From Glaciecola sp. 33A (GTDB lineage: Bacteria > Pseudomonadota > Gammaproteobacteria > Enterobacterales > Alteromonadaceae), in contig NZ_PJAR01000024.1 in assembly GCF_002836745.1 (NCBI RefSeq), forward strand, positions 163,174 through 203,173: DNA of 40,000 nt, in the 5' to 3' direction. Below, piece after piece: positions 9,295 to 17,739 of this stretch. The position numbers and the translations under genes are program-made. The notes below the pieces were generated by a model, which worked only from the letters and a program-made list of their open reading frames with translations, was not told the DNA's origin and ran no database searches. The first letter of the stretch is position 1, and every line of letters starts with the position of its first letter.

Positions 9295-9955
9295 CTAAGG
9301 TTTGCTCTCGTCAAAAGGGTTTATGAAGTTATATTCTTCATGGCTTTTGTAATGGCCTTTTCTTTCCCCTTTTTTATTTTTGACACTCTTTGTATGGACT
9401 GTAAATGACGTTCTCAACCAGCACAAAAATATGGCGGCTAACAGCAAATATGCTATCGTGTCTCCAGTGGCGACTTCATAAGTATGCCACTGGTAAACAC
9501 AAAGTTATTCCATGAACATAAAACGCCGGCGAATGCCGCTACAGCTTTAAAAGTTCAGCTTGCGACTGCTCAAATGCGGATCAAACTACCATGGTGTAAT
9601 ACCCCAAACCATAAACGTAATACTCAACACAACAGCAGACAGTCCTATCAACATAAACCCAATTAGCGAGCGTTTTCTTAGCAAATTTTCCCTATGACTT
9701 TTTAAGGTGATTAGCATGCTTGCTATCCCCATTGAACCAGCGAATAACAAAAATAACGCGCCAACACCCGCCGGTGGAGCAAAGCCTGCCAGTATGCTCC
9801 TTGCGCTAATTTCTAAAGTGGCACTTAGGCCAGTGCCAACGAGGCCTACACCGATCAATAAAACAAGTGCAGTAAGAGCCGCTGTGAGCCGCCGAGTAAC
9901 AGGGCCTCCTCAAGACAAGAGACGTCCAGATTATCTAAATTTTGTTCAGGGTCAT
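9295..9955 (-). pseudogene. disrupted multi-pass membrane protein gene (fragments in at least two frames)
   Basis: The 90-aa ORF 9586..9858 is hydrophobic with TM-like segments, has only a TTG start, and ends in ...GITPW*. A downstream fragment in another frame reads YLLLAAIFLCWLRTSFTVHTKSVKNKKGERKG..., a TM segment plus basic tail. An upstream ATG at 9955 runs into a stop after 6 codons. Confidence 0.3.
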
Positions 9956-10177
9956 CGAAAAAATCGCTAAGCACTTGCGTTGCGCATTAAGGCATAGAGC
10001 GAGTAGGATCATGGCCTGCGTAAGGAACAATGATTAACCTGCTATTACTAAACCTCGGCGCAATACGTTCTGCAAGTGGAGGTGGTGTGACTGGACTCTC
10101 AATTCAAAATCGTCTTATTGAGGACAGGCTAACTTAGATAAAAAGTGATGCCGATAAATAACCCCTAGCAGCTGAGT

Positions 10178-10459
10178 TTACTTCTGATCATTTAATCTTT
10201 GCTTAGCCCAAATTCTAAATTGGATTCCTTTTTTAGAATTGACTCGATAACCGATTGAAATGGTGAGAACTAAATTGTTGCGTTCAATCTCGCGAATTAT
10301 GCTTCTCGGTGCTACTTTACGTACCATCCGGAATTTCCCGATAGTTGACGCTTTAGCTATTCTCCGCTTGAATACACACTTTTTAATCTGGGTAGTTATG
10401 GGCCTTATATTTTTATCAAGCATGAGTTGAACATCAACTAGACCAACCTTAAAGGACAT
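10178..10459 (-). pseudogene. N-terminal fragment of a RhuM-family protein (truncated to about 93 of about 330 aa)
   Basis: The segment ...LTISIGYRVNSKKGIQFRIWAKQRLNDQK* matches the conserved RhuM core (ISVGYRV-S--GTQFRIWA-QVL). The ORF stops right after this core and the rest of the family body is absent. Confidence 0.7.
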
Positions 10460-11114
10460 GACATGTTGATTTAACTAAAAGAATTTTTTCAAAATGAAAT
10501 CGCATTTAACACACCAAAAAGTACTAATGCCCAACAACAATAAAGTCTAGAGCAGCCATGTGCTTTACTGTTGATGGCAGTGTCTAATGCTGACTTTGAG
10601 GATTCTAGCCTTGAGAAAGGAAAGATAAAGCAGGTGCTACAGTCATTATTTAATTTGTCAGATGAAAAGTTAGTCGAGTTATTTGAGCGTAGTAGCCAAG
10701 GCAGCAAAGACACCACATCGATACATCCATTTACATCAATAATTAACGATAATTATGAGTAAGATCAAAAGTAAACTTATTGAAATTGATGCAGAAGGTG
10801 GCATTTGTTGACGATAATTTAGATAAATATGAATTAGCAGTGATCCGAAAAGTCGCTGCTTCAGAATCAAGTTGTGGTCGTAGTTATCTGAAAGTAAAAC
10901 ATATTGCAGCAGAGGATAGGTAACGCCGACTTAATTAACGTGTACGTTTACCGACGTTTCTTTTAATGTTGCCGGTTAAAACTACATTACTACGTGACTA
11001 GTCGTTAACCAACCTCTCTACTTATGAATATTTTTAGTGCGATGATGCTTCATTTCTAAAAATAAGTCGCTAAAACGACAATGTCATACTTAATAGTAGT
11101 TCAGGGAGATATAC

Positions 11115-14093
11115 ATGTTCATAAAATCAAAATTGACAAAGTCAGTTAGTTTAGCAATAGCCTTCGGTGTAGCATCGACTACAATGATTGGCGCAAGTGC
11201 TGCTTTTGCACAGGAAGGCGCTAGTCCCGAAGAAAAAAGCATCGAAAAAATATCGGTTACAGGTTCCCGCATTTTGCGTCCTGGCGCGATTTCCGCAAGC
11301 CCAATTATGTCGATGGACGCTGAAGATATCGAATTTCTTCAAGAACCAGAGATTGAAAAAATTATTCGTATATTACCAGGGACAATTCCGGGTGATGGCG
11401 CTAACGTTAATAACGGTTCGGCCGGTGCCGCAACTGTCAATTTACGTGGTTTGGGAACTCAAAGAACTTTAGTGTTAATGAATGGTCGCCGTATGGTTCC
11501 ATTTAACTTTAATGGTCAAGTAGATACCGCTACCATCCCCACAGCATTAATTGAGAGAGTTGATGTAGTTACCGGTGGAGCTTCTGCAGTATATGGTTCC
11601 GATGCCGTTGCAGGCGCAGTGAACTTTATTCTTAAAGAGAACTTCGAAGGTGTTGCCTTGGAATATACTAACTCGCAAACAGGTGATAGCGACGGCAAGA
11701 AAGATAATATATCTTTTACCGTAGGTTCAAACCTTGCTGAGGACCGCGGTAACATTGCTTTATCTCTAAGTTGGATGAACCGTGACCAAATTTTATTGGG
11801 TGATAGGCCATTAGGTTTATTGGGAATCAACACAGATGATGGTGCCGGTTTTGAGCAGTTCCTTGCTGGCGAGCCACCGTTAGCTCCAGTTGCCGGTTGT
11901 GGCGGCCCTAACGTAGTCCAAGCTGGCGGCTCTACAACTTCTATTCCTACCCGTTTCGCTATTGTTGGTGGTGGCGCAGCATCCGCTGGCCAATTCAGGG
12001 AGGATGGCACTATCGGCTCTGAATGTAGCCGCTTTAACTTCAACCCATTTAATTTCTATCAGACGCCTCAAGAGCGTTTTAGTGCAACAGTTATTGGCCA
12101 TTATGATATTAATGATGACCACAGAGTATATACGACTTTTAGCCATACTAATGTGACCGTAGATACGCAGATTGCCCCTTCTGGTACCTTTGGTGCTGCA
12201 TTTAACTTGCCTCTGGCTAACCCGTTGATAGGGGACCAAGCCCGTCAATTTATGATAGATGCCGGTAATACGGCTCTTGCGAACGGATTATTAAGTTCAG
12301 ATCCTAGTGCACCGCTGACTAACTGGCAGGATATTAATCAAAACGGTGTTGTTGATGCCGAAGATTATCTGACAGTTCAATTACGTCGTCGAACCTTGGA
12401 GTTGGGGCCTCGTTCAGAAGCTTACGACACAGATCAATTCCAGTTTGTAGTGGGCGCTAAAGGTTTAATTACGGGTGATTGGGAATATGATGTTTCTTAC
12501 CAATATGGTGAGTCAAACCGTGTTACCACTCGTGGTGGCTATACTAACCTGACCAATATTCAAAATGCATTGGACACTACCGATGGTGTAACTTGTAAGA
12601 ATGGCGACTCTTCCTGCGTACCTATTAATTTGTTTGGCGGGTTTGGCACTATTACTGACGATCAGGCTGGTTATGCAACAGCAATTGCTTTGCAAACGCA
12701 AAAGTATGAGCAGACCGTGGGCCAAGTTATTGTAAATGGTCCAGTTGAGTTTGTTTCCAGCCCATTTGCTGGTGAAGCGTTGTTGATGAGTTTTGGTTAT
12801 GAGTATCGTGAAGAGACCGGTAGCTTAACTCCCGATGAGTGTTTGAAATTAGCACCGGCCAGTTGCCAAGGTGGCGCAGGCGGAAACTTGTTACCGATTG
12901 ATGGTGGATTTAAATCTGACGAGTTATTCTTTGAGGGTATTTTACCTCTCATTGCTGATCAGTCTTATACTGAACAACTTGATTTGGAATTTGGTTACCG
13001 TGCTGCTGATTACGATTCTGTAGGTTCAGTCGATACTTGGAAAATTGGTTTAGCTTGGCGTCCAGTTGAGAACTTGTTGTTCCGCATTATGGAGCAGTCC
13101 GCAACTCGAGCGCCTAACGTAGGTGAGCTCTTTTCGCCAGTAGTAACTGGTCTTGATAATGCCCTAGGAGACCCTTGCTCAGTAGGAAACGCAAATATTG
13201 ATGCTACATTACGTGATTTGTGTATCTCTACTGGTATGTCAGGGGCACAGGTTGGTCAGGTACAGGATGTAATCTCTGGTCAGATTAGCGTTATTTCAGG
13301 GAGCGATCCAGTGAACGTGCCGGGCGCAGAAGACGCTTCTACCTTTACTGCTGGCTTTGTATGGACAGATGATTTTTTGAAAAACTGGTCGTTTTCTGTT
13401 GATTATTATGACATAGACATCAAAGACACCATTGGTCAATTTTCGGCTCAAGAAATTTTGGATAGCTGCTATATTGAAGGTAATCCGCTTGAATGCTCTA
13501 AAATTCAACGTATTGGCGGCGACTTAACGATTGCGGGTTCAGGAATACAGTTATTCACCACAAACCTAAACTATTTTCAGGTTGAAGGGATAGAAGTTGG
13601 TATTAACTTTGATGTTGAATTAGAAGATATGGGCCAGTTGTCCTTCTCTACTAATATTAACAAATACTTGACTAATGAGCGTCAAAGCTCTGATATTTCT
13701 GCTGTAATCGACTGTAATGGTTTTTATGGTTCGGATTGTAGCCCAACGTCTGATTTACGTTTCATTCAACGTACTACTTGGTCTATGGATGACTATACCG
13801 TTTCAGTTTTATGGCGTTATAGCAGCGCTATAGATATTGAAAACGACCAGCGTGATAGCGTATTTGAACCGTTCAGAAAAATAGATAGCTATAGTTATAT
13901 TGACCTGTTCGCTAGTTACACGCTAAATGATAACCTTAAGTTTACCGCTGGTGTCGATAACTTGTTCGAGGAAGAACCACCGGTTGTTGGTGGCGAAGCT
14001 GGTTCAACGACATTTAACGGAGGTAATACGTTCCCAAGTAGCTATGATGTACTAGGGCGAGTCTTCAAATTTGGTGTTAAAGTGCAATTCTAA
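11115..14093 (+). CDS. TonB-dependent outer-membrane receptor
   Basis: 992-aa ORF with RBS GGGAG and signal peptide ...GASAAFA/QE. A TonB-box-like EKISVTGSRI and the plug motifs NLRGLG...LVLMNGRR...GGASAVYGSDAVAGAVNF are present. The C-terminal beta-strand ends in ...VKVQF. Confidence 0.9.
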   Translation: MFIKSKLTKSVSLAIAFGVASTTMIGASAAFAQEGASPEEKSIEKISVTGSRILRPGAISASPIMSMDAEDIEFLQEPEIEKIIRILPGTIPGDGANVNNGSAGAATVNLRGLGTQRTLVLMNGRRMVPFNFNGQVDTATIPTALIERVDVVTGGASAVYGSDAVAGAVNFILKENFEGVALEYTNSQTGDSDGKKDNISFTVGSNLAEDRGNIALSLSWMNRDQILLGDRPLGLLGINTDDGAGFEQFLAGEPPLAPVAGCGGPNVVQAGGSTTSIPTRFAIVGGGAASAGQFREDGTIGSECSRFNFNPFNFYQTPQERFSATVIGHYDINDDHRVYTTFSHTNVTVDTQIAPSGTFGAAFNLPLANPLIGDQARQFMIDAGNTALANGLLSSDPSAPLTNWQDINQNGVVDAEDYLTVQLRRRTLELGPRSEAYDTDQFQFVVGAKGLITGDWEYDVSYQYGESNRVTTRGGYTNLTNIQNALDTTDGVTCKNGDSSCVPINLFGGFGTITDDQAGYATAIALQTQKYEQTVGQVIVNGPVEFVSSPFAGEALLMSFGYEYREETGSLTPDECLKLAPASCQGGAGGNLLPIDGGFKSDELFFEGILPLIADQSYTEQLDLEFGYRAADYDSVGSVDTWKIGLAWRPVENLLFRIMEQSATRAPNVGELFSPVVTGLDNALGDPCSVGNANIDATLRDLCISTGMSGAQVGQVQDVISGQISVISGSDPVNVPGAEDASTFTAGFVWTDDFLKNWSFSVDYYDIDIKDTIGQFSAQEILDSCYIEGNPLECSKIQRIGGDLTIAGSGIQLFTTNLNYFQVEGIEVGINFDVELEDMGQLSFSTNINKYLTNERQSSDISAVIDCNGFYGSDCSPTSDLRFIQRTTWSMDDYTVSVLWRYSSAIDIENDQRDSVFEPFRKIDSYSYIDLFASYTLNDNLKFTAGVDNLFEEEPPVVGGEAGSTTFNGGNTFPSSYDVLGRVFKFGVKVQF

Positions 14094-14130
14094 AGTGAAT
14101 TTTTTCACTAGTTGAATACACGTATAAAAA

Positions 14131-14155
14131 ACGGAGCCTGTGGCTCCGTTTTTAT
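14131..14155 (+). terminator. Rho-independent terminator of the receptor gene
   Basis: The hairpin is acggagcc-tgt-ggctccgt followed by ttttt, 38 nt after the stop codon. Confidence 0.8.
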
Positions 14156-14274
14156 ATCTCATACTAACTTCACGTTCTTCTTAGCGTATATTCTTAAGCC
14201 ATAAAGTCTGCAAGTATCAAATGGTTGCTGCTACATCGCTTCTTGCAAGACAATCAACCCCAACTATAACCAAT

Positions 14275-14755
14275 TTACCCTGTGTTACGCAAAGCAATAG
14301 CAACACCTGTAATAGTCACCATTATCGTCATTTCTAACGTGGCGGTATCATTATCATTATCATTATACTCAGAAGAGCCTTCTTTACGTATTTTGTCCAG
14401 AAGTTCTATTTGCAAATAGTGCAATGGCTCATAATATCCACCACGAATTTCCATCGACAATTTACGCTGTCAAAGCACCCAACGCTTCGGCAGCGCTCTA
14501 AATTTAAACATCCATTTTCATATGCTGTTTTTACAAGGTGCGATTAGCGAAAATCCATGGTGTGGCACGACCTTTACCCAAATAAAGGCCCGCAATCATC
14601 CACAAGATTGTGTCGTATCTAGATAAAAATGACTCATCCATCACTGCTAACATCGCAAGAGCGCCACCATTTGAAGCTGCAGAACAAACAACTGTCTTTG
14701 ATGATTTTACTATCCAAAGAGACTTTGACTTTGGCGCATGACAAAGTAGAAACAC
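14275..14755 (-). pseudogene. ppc: decayed and internally deleted phosphoenolpyruvate carboxylase remnant
   Basis: The 61-aa ORF ends ...EPLHYLQIELL...MTIMVTITGVAIALRNTG*. This is the diagnostic PEPC C-terminus (compare E. coli ...DPLNVLQAELL...MVTIAGIAAGMRNTG). The upstream 74-aa ORF carries ...GRATPWIFANRTL (PEPC: LRAIPWIFAWTQNRL) and SNGGALAMLA (PEPC: GRGGAPAHAALL). Frames are broken and most of the roughly 880-aa protein is missing. Confidence 0.75.
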
Positions 14756-14915
14756 CTTGATGCTTTAACAATCGATATTCTGAGGCAAGGCGCTTTGCAT
14801 CTCACTATCAAGATTTCAGTACTAACAGCCAGCTATTCATTCACCTCAACGACAAAGATTTCGCTAATTTCCTTGACTCCAGAAATGAGTAAACACAAAA
14901 CTACCTTCACATTCA

Positions 14916-14957
14916 GCTGTCACAGAGGCTAGTCGATAGCGATAATTTGTCCTATAC
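14916..14957. repeat. 42-bp direct repeat, copy 1 (gctgtcacagaggctagtcgatagcgataatttgtcctatac)
   Basis: Hand alignment to 15718..15759 gives 38/42 identical positions in the same orientation. Confidence 0.9.
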
Positions 14958-15031
14958 TCAATGTCCCTGGACCATGGTTAGTAGGTGATGTTACATCCAC
15001 AGTCAGGACTGGGGGAAATGGCGATAAGTAC

Positions 15032-15235
15032 GTGACAAATGTTACTCAACCTAACCACACTTTACACTCAGGCCTTGTAGTTCGAAAGATAATGCCTAAT
15101 GGTAAAGGAGGCTATAAAATTATGTCTTATGGCGAGGGCAACGCGATTAAGCAATTGGGACCTATCGCTAGGGAGGGAGCGAATCGTGAATGGAGCATAA
15201 ACTCCCAAGCAATTATTCAAAAGGCGAAGAATTGA
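15032..15235 (+). CDS. small hypothetical protein, possibly a 5'-truncated C-terminal domain
   Basis: 67-aa ORF with a GTG start. The reading frame stays open upstream to 14933 with no ATG. The stop overlaps the ATG of the next ORF (TGATG). No family recognised. Confidence 0.35.
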   Translation: MTNVTQPNHTLHSGLVVRKIMPNGKGGYKIMSYGEGNAIKQLGPIAREGANREWSINSQAIIQKAKN

Positions 15236-15648
15236 TGATGAGCACATCCGCTTGGCGTGGTTCGCCTATGAAACTATTTATGCTGTTTTGTTTATTCATA
15301 ATATCGGTATTCTTACTGATACTTCGTACAATCTGGTTGTATAATCCGCCATTTATGTGGTTTGTTTATCAGTTCGCTCATTTAATGTTGTTTGGTCTTT
15401 GCATTTGGGTGTTTAGCGCACACCATAAATATAGTATGTTTTTTATTGTAGTTTTTACAGCGTTGATTGCGTTTATGCCATATCAAATAACGTATCAGAT
15501 GGTGTTTCAGTTTGATCCCGCATTACTTAGCAATCTCACAGAGGGCGCGCATATCTTCCTTAGGTTACTGTATGAATTTGGTTCGTATCCTTTTCTGCAG
15601 TTTGTGCTGTTGATGTTAGCAAGAAAATGCATACCCACCACCCAATGA
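15235..15648 (+). CDS. small integral membrane protein (about 4 TM segments)
   Basis: 137 aa counted from the ATG at 15235; the track ORF starts at 15190. It has four hydrophobic stretches (LFMLFCLFIISVFLLIL, HLMLFGLCIWVF, MFFIVVFTALIAF, YPFLQFVLLML) and is translationally coupled to the upstream ORF. Confidence 0.55.
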   Translation: MMSTSAWRGSPMKLFMLFCLFIISVFLLILRTIWLYNPPFMWFVYQFAHLMLFGLCIWVFSAHHKYSMFFIVVFTALIAFMPYQITYQMVFQFDPALLSNLTEGAHIFLRLLYEFGSYPFLQFVLLMLARKCIPTTQ

Positions 15649-15717
15649 TTTGATCATTTCTTCATTGACAGTCATCTGTTGACTGTATCCGTCCGCTGAA
15701 CCCCGTCTAACCAGTTT

Positions 15718-15759
15718 GCTGTCACACAGGCTAATCGATAGCGTTAATTTGTCTTATAC
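15718..15759. repeat. 42-bp direct repeat, copy 2 (gctgtcacacaggctaatcgatagcgttaatttgtcttatac)
   Basis: 38/42 identity with 14916..14957. It lies 70 bp downstream of the membrane-protein stop and is preceded by the hairpin acagtca-tctgt-tgactgt at 15668-15686. Confidence 0.9.
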
Positions 15760-16098
15760 ACTAAAAGATTGCTGCAACAGTAACAATGCATTTGTATCTC
15801 AATATTGAAATTTTATGATGAGACGATACTGAAAAAGTGTATATTTTCCTAGTTAAAGATTTAGAGCTTGGTTTCAAAGTTGTGCGAGTTTATTAAGGTT
15901 TGGCACCTAGACCTTACGGTTAGGCTAACTAGCCGGAATGAAAGAAAGCCACCGTCAGTGCCTGGAGACTATTCGTGACAGACACCTTCATGGGGGATCA
16001 AATTATTTGTAGCCAGTGACCGATTTACGGCAGGCAGTTAGCAAAGGCGACTGACCACTCCGTTCCATCAGCTGTCATTGGTTAGATCAATTCGACGT

Positions 16099-17016
16099 TT
16101 AATTAGCGGAAAATTTATTCTGAAATCGATTCTTTAAAAAGTTTGCAAAAACTCTTAACCTTGCTGGCATCAAACGCGATGGTGCCAAGAGATGAATTTC
16201 TACCGGTTGCAGTTGCCAACTCGGCAAGACCTGAACCAATTTCTCCTGAGTGACAAGCTCCATGGCAATTGTTTTGTCGATGATACCTATGCCAGCGCCG
16301 AGAAGCGTCAGTTGGCGCAACATCGACATATTGTTTGCCACAAAACGCCCATCCACTTTTACTAATGCGGCCTTGTCGGATTTTAATTTTTCCACCTGTT
16401 CAAAAATCCAAGTAGAACCGTTTTCATTTGCGTGCAAACGAATACACGAATGAAGTGCTAATTCTGCCGGTGATCTCAGTGGCGGACTGCTTTTGAGATA
16501 TGCCGGAGCTGCATACAAAGCTAGAGGCAAAACTCCAATCCGTACTGAAATCAAGTTAGAGTCATCGAGACGACCTATTCTAATTGCTGCATCGAAGTGC
16601 TCTGTTGCTATGTCAACTTTCCGATTGCTGAGATCGAGTTCGAAATTAACTTCAGGATATTGTTCCGCAAACTCCATAAGAATCTCCGCCAAAAATGTTG
16701 CAGCAAAATCCGGCGTACATGAAAGCCGCAAAGTGCCGCGCGGTTTGGTGATTAACTCGGATAACTGTTCGTGCGCGAGTTGAGCTTCTTCGACAAGTTG
16801 GGCGCACCGTGCGTAATAGGCAGCACCTGCATCTGTCACATCTACACGCCGAGTGGTTCGATGCAGCAGTTGTGTGCCAATCTGCTTTTCCAAACCGGAA
16901 ATTCGTCTTGAAACAGTGGATGTGGGCATCCCCAGGTGCTTGGCAGCACGCGTAAAACTCTTCTCATTTACCACCGCTACAAACAGACCAATATCCCGCA
17001 GCAGTTCTGGATTCAT
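16099..17016 (-). CDS. LysR family transcriptional regulator
   Basis: 305 aa counted from the internal Met (MNPELLRDIGLFVAVVNEKSFTRAAKHLGMPTSTVSRRISGLEKQIG is the LysR HTH). The 56-codon upstream extension in the track has no LysR similarity. The gene is visibly GC-richer than its surroundings. Confidence 0.85.
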   Translation of the reverse strand: MNPELLRDIGLFVAVVNEKSFTRAAKHLGMPTSTVSRRISGLEKQIGTQLLHRTTRRVDVTDAGAAYYARCAQLVEEAQLAHEQLSELITKPRGTLRLSCTPDFAATFLAEILMEFAEQYPEVNFELDLSNRKVDIATEHFDAAIRIGRLDDSNLISVRIGVLPLALYAAPAYLKSSPPLRSPAELALHSCIRLHANENGSTWIFEQVEKLKSDKAALVKVDGRFVANNMSMLRQLTLLGAGIGIIDKTIAMELVTQEKLVQVLPSWQLQPVEIHLLAPSRLMPARLRVFANFLKNRFQNKFSAN

Positions 17017-17038
17017 ACAGTAGCCCCTATATCTAATT

Positions 17039-17054
17039 ATTGCATTATTACAAT
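17039..17054. promoter_or_regulatory. ATTG-N8-CAAT dyad containing a T-N11-A LysR-type box
   Basis: The dyad attgcattattacaat lies 23-38 bp upstream of the LysR start, in the LysR/DoxX divergent region. Confidence 0.35.
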
Positions 17055-17182
17055 AGTGTATTCTATTTGAGCTATTTATAAATATATTTGCATCAATTAT
17101 GATTCCCTCCACCCAACTACCGATCGAACATATTTCAGGTATGGACAGTTGGTAAGGCGAAAGTAATCTAGGAGAAAAAGAC

Positions 17183-17269
17183 ATGGACCGAAGAGAAATC
17201 CTTAAGGGAGCAGCCGGAGCGATGGTGCGCTTAAGTGCAGCCTTGAAAAGTTTCGACAGATCGGATTAA
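17183..17269 (+). pseudogene. 28-codon remnant that looks like a twin-arginine (Tat) signal peptide
   Basis: AGGAG followed by 8 nt and an ATG, encoding MDRREILKGAAGAMVRLSAALKSFDRSD*. RREILKG fits the Tat consensus (S/T)RRxFLK. The mature protein is absent. Confidence 0.35.
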
Positions 17270-17367
17270 ATCTATCCTAATGGCGAGCCCATTCGCGGGG
17301 GGTTGTATGTATTTACTCATGCAGTATAAATATAGAAGTATTTTAAAATTAACTTAAGGAGAGAAAA

Positions 17368-17739
17368 ATGAAATTTTTAGACAACTACTCGGAGTATACC
17401 TATGCAGTTTTTAGAATAGCGATAGGATTTATGTTCCTTTGTCACGGCACACAAAAGCTATTTAGCTTACCAATAGATTTCCCATATCCTTTAAACGCAA
17501 TGAGTACCAGTGCAGGAGTTATTGAGTTGGCTGCAGGAGCCCTTATACTAGTTGGGTTTTATTCGCGGTATGCTGCATTTATCGCTAGCGGTACTATGGC
17601 CGCGGCATATTGGATGGTACATGGATTAAACAACCCATTTCCTATTGCAAATGGCGGTGAAATATCTGCATTCTATTGCTTTGCCTTTCTTTATATCGCT
17701 TCAAAGGGCCCTGGTATTTGGAGTTTAAATAAAAAATAA
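17368..17739 (+). CDS. DoxX family membrane protein
   Basis: 123-aa ORF with RBS AAGGAG. The sequence YAVFRIAIGFMFLCHGTQKLF plus further TM segments is typical of DoxX. Confidence 0.8.
   Translation: MKFLDNYSEYTYAVFRIAIGFMFLCHGTQKLFSLPIDFPYPLNAMSTSAGVIELAAGALILVGFYSRYAAFIASGTMAAAYWMVHGLNNPFPIANGGEISAFYCFAFLYIASKGPGIWSLNKK

Noticed and set aside
9484-9970. Plus-strand ORFs 9484..9666 and 9707..9970.
   Set aside because: They are antisense to the hydrophobic membrane-protein fragments. Their Pro/Ala/Arg-rich composition is typical of an antisense read of a TM-coding strand.
10489-10762. ORFs 10489..10716 (-) and 10571..10762 (+).
   Set aside because: They overlap each other, have no recognisable family, RBS or partner genes, and sit in the decay zone. 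They are left unannotated rather than called as genes.
10741-10765. Possible Fur box (gataattatgagtaagatc) upstream of the receptor gene at 11115.
   Set aside because: By hand only about 12 of 19 positions match the GATAATGATAATCATTATC consensus, and the site lies roughly 350-370 bp from the start codon. No better match lies nearer the promoter.
14916-15759. The idea that the 42-bp repeats are integron attC sites flanking a gene cassette.
   Set aside because: Copy 2 is preceded by GTCTAAC (an RYYYAAC-like sequence) but has GTTAATT rather than GTTRRRY. Copy 1 has neither an inverse core nor a GTT core (gataatt). No R''/L''-L'/R' palindrome can be drawn, and no intI gene is in the window.
16250-16783. 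Plus-strand ORFs 16250..16453 and 16493..16783, antisense to the LysR gene. Similar ORFs lie at 18702..18902 and 19044..19271, antisense to the malic enzyme gene.
   Set aside because: These are shadow ORFs of well-supported genes. The GC-richer LysR segment naturally yields long antisense open frames.
17017-17184. 56-codon N-terminal extension of the LysR ORF (track start at 17184).
   Set aside because: The LysR HTH begins right after the internal Met at 17016. The extension is AT-rich promoter-like DNA and overlaps the Tat-signal remnant on the other strand.
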